Below are positions 58,652 through 64,000 of a stretch of 64,000 nucleotides of DNA, piece by piece. Location: contig NIVC01002336.1 in NCBI GenBank assembly GCA_002269645.1, forward strand, positions 97,053-161,052. The letters are read 5' to 3'. Within the stretch, counting starts at the first letter, position 1, and each line of letters opens with the position of its first letter. The notes under the pieces are model-generated. The model saw only the letters and a program-made list of their open reading frames with translations, did no database searches and was not told where the DNA came from. The position numbers were made by a program, and so were the translations under genes. This stretch comes from Macrostomum lignano (lineage: Eukaryota).

Positions 58652-61600
58652 TCAAAGGAACTCGTTCAGCGCCAGCTGTAGCCGGTCCAGATCCCGCTGC
58701 AGACTGCTGCAGGTGGCCGTCAGGGCCTCCTTGTTGTCCAGAGTCTGGATGCGCTGAGTGTACGGATCGAAGCGGGCCACGAAACTCTTCTTCATCGCTT
58801 TGACGTAGTTACTGCGGGAATTCGGTTTGAGCTCTAGCCTTTAATTCTCTATCTCTAATCTCATCCTTTGATTCTCTGTCTCTAATCTCATCCTTTGATT
58901 CTCTATCTCTAATCCCATCCTTTGATTCTCTATCTCTAATCCCATCCTTTGATTCTCTATCTCTAATCCCATCCTTTGATTCTCTATCTCTAATCCCACC
59001 TTTGATTCCCTATCTCTAATCCCACCTTTGATTCCCTATCTCTAATCCCACCTTTGATTCCCTATCTCTAATCCCATCCTTTGATTCTCTATCTCTAATC
59101 CCATCCTTTGATTCTTTATCTCTAATCCCACCTTTGATTCCCTATCTCTAATCCCACCTTTGATTCTCTATCTCTAATCCCATCCTTTGATTCTCTATCT
59201 CTAATCCCACCTTTGATTCTCTATCTCTAATCCCACCTTTGATTCCCTATCTCTAATCCCATCCTTTGATTCTCTATCTCTAATCCCATCCTTTGATTCT
59301 CTATCTCTAATCCCATCCTTTGATTCTCTATCTCTAATCCCATCCTTTGATTCTCTATCTCTAATCCCATCCTTTGATTCTGTATCCCTAATCCCATCCT
59401 TTGATTCTGTGTCTCTAATCTCATCCTTTGATTCTGTCTCTAATCTCATACTTCGATTATCTGTCTCTAATCTCATACTTTGATTCTCTGTCTCTAATCT
59501 CATACTTTGATTCTCTATCTCTAATCTCATCCTTTGTTTCTTTATCTCTAATCGCATCCTTTGTTTCTTTATCTCTAATCGCATCCTTTGATTCTCTATC
59601 TCTAATCTCATCCTTTGATTCTCTGTCTCTAATCTCATACTTTGATTCTCTATCTCTAATCGCATCCTTTGATTCTCTGTCTCTAATCTCATACTTTGAT
59701 TCTGTGTCTCTAATCTCATCCTTTGATTCTGTCTCTAATCTCATACTTCGATTATCTGTCTCTAATCTCATACTTTGATTCTGTGTCTCTAATCTCATCC
59801 TTTGATTCTGTCTCTAATCTCATACTTCGAATCTCACCGAAACTCAGCCTTCATGCTGTCGAAGGACTCAGTGACGAAGTACACGGGCTGATAGTCCTCG
59901 TCGGTGTACGGCGTCACAGAGGTGGAGTTGGGCTCGAACCGCCTGTGCTCCGGCGTCTGAGACAGCGCGTGACGCAACTCGCCGTAGGCGGACAGCAGCC
60001 CTGCGCCGTAGGCTTTCACCTGGCCGGCCTCTTTGCAGAGTCCGAACTCCACCGTGAACCAGTACAGCTGGGCGGCGGGGACGGGTGAGAGTTTGGCTTG
60101 GAGTGCTGTGCCCACTGCTTATCTACGAGCGTATTGCTGGGGTTCAGTGTGGGTTTGAGGTTGTGGGGTTTGGGGCTGCGGGTTTTTGTAGTTTCGGGTC
60201 GGGAGTTTGGGGACTTAGGGTGCTTGGAAGTTTGGGGCATTGGCTCCCAATTTTCTTTAACTCAAAGTGTTTGCGAGGCCATTCTTTCGTGGTCCCTTGC
60301 TAAACCAGTCAGTTATTCAAGCTTTATCCCCAGCTTACCGTGGCAAGCCGCTCAATCTCCTGGTCCGTGGCCCCGAGCGAGGCCAGCCCAATTTCCTGGG
60401 AGAAATCGGCGAATCCCATGTTGGTGAGCATCGGCATGTGCCCAATGATCTCGTGGATGCAGTCCCTAGAAATAATGAGTTTCTATCAGATTAAAAACAA
60501 ACTGCAGTCTGTAATGTCTGAGAATCAATGTACACTGCACACTAACCCTCCTTCCTCACCTCCCCCCCCAAATGTACACTAACCTTCCTTCTCATTCTTC
60601 CCCAAATGTACACTAACCCTCCTTCCTCGCCTCTCCCCCCAAAATGTACACTAACCTTCCTTCCTCGCCTCTCCCCCAAATGCACACTAACTTTCCTTCT
60701 CATTCTTCCCCAAATGTACACTAACCCTCCTTCCTCACCTCTCCCCCAAATGTACACAACCTTCCTTCCTCACCTCTTCCCCAAAATGTACACTAACCTT
60801 CCTTCCTCGCCTCTCCCCCCAAATGCACACTAACTTTCCTTCTCATTCTTCCCCAAATGTACACAACTTTCCTTCCTCACCTCTTCCCCAAATGTACACT
60901 AACCCTCCTTCCTCGCCTCTCCCCCCAAATGTACACTAACCTTCCTTCCTCACCTCTCCTTCCTTCCTCCTTCCTTCCTAACCTTCCTTCCTTCCTCTCC
61001 TTCCTTCCTCACCTCTTCCCCAAATGTACACTAACCCTCCTTCCTCGACTCTCCCCCCAAATGTACACTAACCTTCCTTCCTCACCTCTTCCCCAAATGT
61101 ACACTAACCCTCCTTCCTCGCCTCTCCCCCCAAATGTACACTAACCTTCCTTCCTCACCTCTTCCCCAAATGTACACTAACCCTCCTTCCTCGACTCTCC
61201 CTCCAAATGTACACTTTTAACCCTCCTTCATCGCCTCTCCGCCCAAATTTACACCAACCCTCCTTCCTCGCCTCTCTTCCAACAAATGTACATAAACTCA
61301 CGGCTCCGGTGTGTGCAGCGGCTTTGAATGGTGCCGAATGTACTGCGTACACTGGAACACGCGAAAAGCCAGGCTGGCTAAAAAGTCTCGCGCGGATAGT
61401 AGCCCAGCCACTGGCCTCAATGAGAAGCCGGTCTGCTCTGTGTGATTTGCAGAGCATTTGAAAAGCATCATTTTTAGTATATACGAGTAGGATAAAGACC
61501 AAAGGGTTGCGCGCATTATCACTAGTGAGTACTTACTCTTCAGGTACCTGGAGATGTCCTCCAGCTGCGGGATGGCATCCGGGCCGTAGCCGCATTCGGC

Positions 61601-62614
61601 CTCTAATCGAGCGATTCCATCCAGGTGCTCTTTGCACGCGTGGGTTGCGTAGAGAGCCTTCAGCGTGGTGTAGGCGGCCCGCCTGCGTTAGGGTTGGCTT
61701 TTTAATGATTACAGCTAGTGCTTGCATCTGAGGAGAGTGACCAGCCTTAGACCCGAAAAGGAGAGTGACCAGCCTTAAGACCCGAAAAAGAGATGACCAG
61801 CCTTAAGACCCGAAAAGGAGAGTGACCAGTCTTAAGACCCGAAAAGGAGAGTGACCAGCCTTAAGACCCGAAAAGGAGAGTGACCAGCCTTAAGACCCGA
61901 AAAAGAGAGTGACCAGCCTTAAGACCCGAAAAGGAGAGTGACCAGTCTTAAGACCCGAAAAGGAGAGTGACCAGCCTTAGACCCGAAAAGGAGAGTGACC
62001 AGCCTTAGACCCGAAAAGGAGAGTGACCAGCCTTAAGACCCGAAAAGGAGAGTGACCAGCCTTAAGACCCGAAAAGGAGAGTGACCAGCCTTAAGACCCA
62101 AAAAGGAGAGTGACCAGCCTTAAGACCCGAAAAGGAGAGTGACCAGTCTTAAGACCCGAAAAGGAGAGTGACCAGTGAGGAAAATGATGACTATCGAACC
62201 CACTAGCAAACTGCCTCAAGCATACCACGTTTCCACCTCGATGTCAGTGTACTGAACCCTCGAATCGGGTCGCCGCTGAAATCAATATATAGTAGCAAAG
62301 TGAAAATTTTAATTTTACGATACACTCAATAAAGCAGCAACATTCAAGAACCCCTATTGAGCACGGCAGAGGTCCTTACTATCGGTAGTTAAAGGCGATT
62401 TCAACAACTTCCGAGCGTCTCCTCCTGTACTCCTGGTCGTGGAACCCCTGTTTGCATATTTTGGGACATTGTTTAAACAGTTGGCACTATGCAAATCAAT
62501 AGAAAAAATGACTCATTTTACTTACCGGATGGTCGGTGGCCAGTTCCGGTTGGAACTTGAGCAGCAGGTGCGTGCACTCATCTAACTCGGAGATGTGCCT
62601 CGGGAACCACAGGT
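58652..62614 (-). CDS. TH: Tyrosine hydroxylase catalytic and tetramerisation exons; N-terminal exons lie beyond the window; 1-nt deletion in one exon
   Basis: Exons 62614-62526, 62447-62380, 62275-62226, 61682-61537, 61437-61302, 60465-60339, 60067-59838 and 58811-58652. TH-type signature [25 protein letters not shown]; iron ligands in CIHEIIGH and TVEFG; PYTDEDYQ keeps the Asp equivalent to the TH specificity residue (Val in PAH, Ile in TPH). Confidence 0.9.
58845..59832. repeat. 27-bp minisatellite, last TH intron
   Basis: Unit CTCTAATCCCATCCTTTGATTCTCTAT. Confidence 0.96.
60538..61290. repeat. 33-38-bp pyrimidine-rich minisatellite, TH intron
   Basis: Unit AAATGTACACTAACCCTCCTTCCTCACCTCTCCCCC. 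Confidence 0.94.
61733..62177. repeat. 29-bp minisatellite, about 15 copies, TH intron
   Basis: Unit GAGAGTGACCAGCCTTAAGACCCGAAAAG. Confidence 0.96.
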
Positions 62615-62687
62615 CTGAAGGAGTTTTCAATGGAAAAATTTTAGGTGAAACATTGCTATGATGAAGTCTCTGAGGATGTAGGATTCT

Positions 62688-64000
62688 GGGGAACTGAGAT
62701 AATTGGAGGGAGGTGGCACTCAGGGAACTGAGACAAAGGGAGGCAAGTGGCACTCAGGGAACTGAGACAATGGGAGGCAAGTGGCACTCAGGCAACTGAG
62801 ACAATGAGAGGCAAGTGGCACTCAGGCAACTGAGACAATGGGAGGGAAGTGGCACTCAGGGAACTGAGACAATGAGAGGCAAGTGGCACTTAGGGAACTG
62901 AGACAATGGGAGGGAAGTGGCACTTAGGGAACTGAGACAATGGGAGGGAGGTGGCACTCAGGGAACTGAGACAATGGGAGGGAGGTGGCACTCAGGGAAC
63001 TGAGACAATGGGAGGGAGGTGGCACTCAGGAACTGAGACAATGGGAGGGAGGTGGCACTCAGGCAACTGAGACAATGGGAGGGAGGTGGCACTCAGGCAA
63101 CTGAGACAATGGGAGGCAAGTGGCACTCAGGCAACTGAGACAATGGGAGGCAAGTGGCACTCAGGCAACTGAGACAATGGGAGGCAAGTGGCACTCAGGG
63201 AACTGAGACAATGGGAGGCAAGTGGCACTCAGGCAACTGAGACAATGGGAGGCAAGTGGCACTCAGGCAACTGAGACAATGGGAGGCAAGTGGCACTTAG
63301 GGAACTGAGACAATGGAGGGAAGTGGCACTTAGGGAACTGAGACAATGGGAGGGAAGTGGCACTTAGGGAACTGAGACAATGGGAGGGAGGTGCACTCAG
63401 GGAACTGAGACAATGGGAGGGAGGTGGCACTCAGGCAACTGAGACAATGGGAGGCAAGTGGCACTCAGGCAACTGAGACAATGGGAGGCAAGTGGCACTC
63501 AGGGAACTGAGACAATGGGAGGCAAGTGGCACTCAGGCAACTGAGACAATGGAGGCAAGTGCACTTAGGGAACTGAGACAATGGGAGGGAAGTGGCACTC
63601 AGGAACTGAGACAATGGGAGGGAGGTAGCACTCAGGGAACTGAGACAATGGGAGGGAGGTGGCACTCAGGCAACTGAGACAATGGGAGGGAGGTGGCACT
63701 CAGGGAACTGAGACAATGGGAGGGAGGTGGCACTCAGGCAACTGAGACAATGGGAGGGAGGTGGCACTCAGCAACTGAGACAATGGGAGGCAAGTGGCAC
63801 TCAGGGAACTGAGACAATGGGAGGCAAGTGCACTCAGGCAACTGAGACAATGAGGCAAGTGCACTCAGGGAACTGAAGACAATGGGAGGGAAGTGGCACT
63901 CAGGGAACTGAGACAATGGAGGAGGAGCACTCAGGGAACTGAGACAATGGAGAGGTGGCACTCAGGCAACTGAGACAAAGGAGGGAGTGGCACTCAGGCA
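62688..64000. repeat. 34-bp minisatellite, TH intron, runs off the window
   Basis: Unit GGGAACTGAGACAATGGGAGGGAGGTGGCACTCA. Confidence 0.96.

Noticed and set aside
58652-62614. Phenylalanine or tryptophan hydroxylase
   Set aside because: [24 protein letters not shown] and the Asp in PYTDEDYQ are TH-type.

Overview
Eukaryotic (metazoan) genomic DNA, not prokaryotic. GC-rich, poly-Gln/Ala-rich exons, AT-rich spacers and minisatellite-filled introns suggest a free-living flatworm such as Macrostomum; the taxon is an inference only. Spliced by hand, the window holds: the first exon of a probable cathepsin-L-like protease (-), BAG1 (-), a single-exon PTB-domain protein (+), a two-exon Src-family kinase (-), an orphan 392-aa ORF (-), dyskerin DKC1 (-, 7 exons), TBC1D23 (+, 6 exons), IBTK (+, 7 exons) and the catalytic exons of tyrosine hydroxylase (-, 8 exons in the window). 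Mobile DNA: a 2-kb hAT-type element with a nested long-TIR element, a CpG-eroded second copy of the hAT family, three MITE families, a 5'-truncated RTE LINE, a Helitron helicase remnant and four copies of a tRNA-headed SINE. More than 20 tandem arrays are present, and most long introns carry their own unit. Most notable: (1) IBTK introns 3 and 5 carry the same minisatellite in opposite orientation around exons 4-5, a fold-back geometry that could drive circRNA formation, exon skipping or editing; (2) sharply bounded CpG-eroded domains lie at the 5' side of housekeeping genes, and a TE copy pair shows CpG->TpG/CpA decay directly; (3) a 33-bp array of about 17 CCAAT boxes sits just upstream of IBTK. 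No CRISPR, rRNA or bona fide tRNA gene was found. All exon boundaries and alignments were made by eye, and array end coordinates are approximate.
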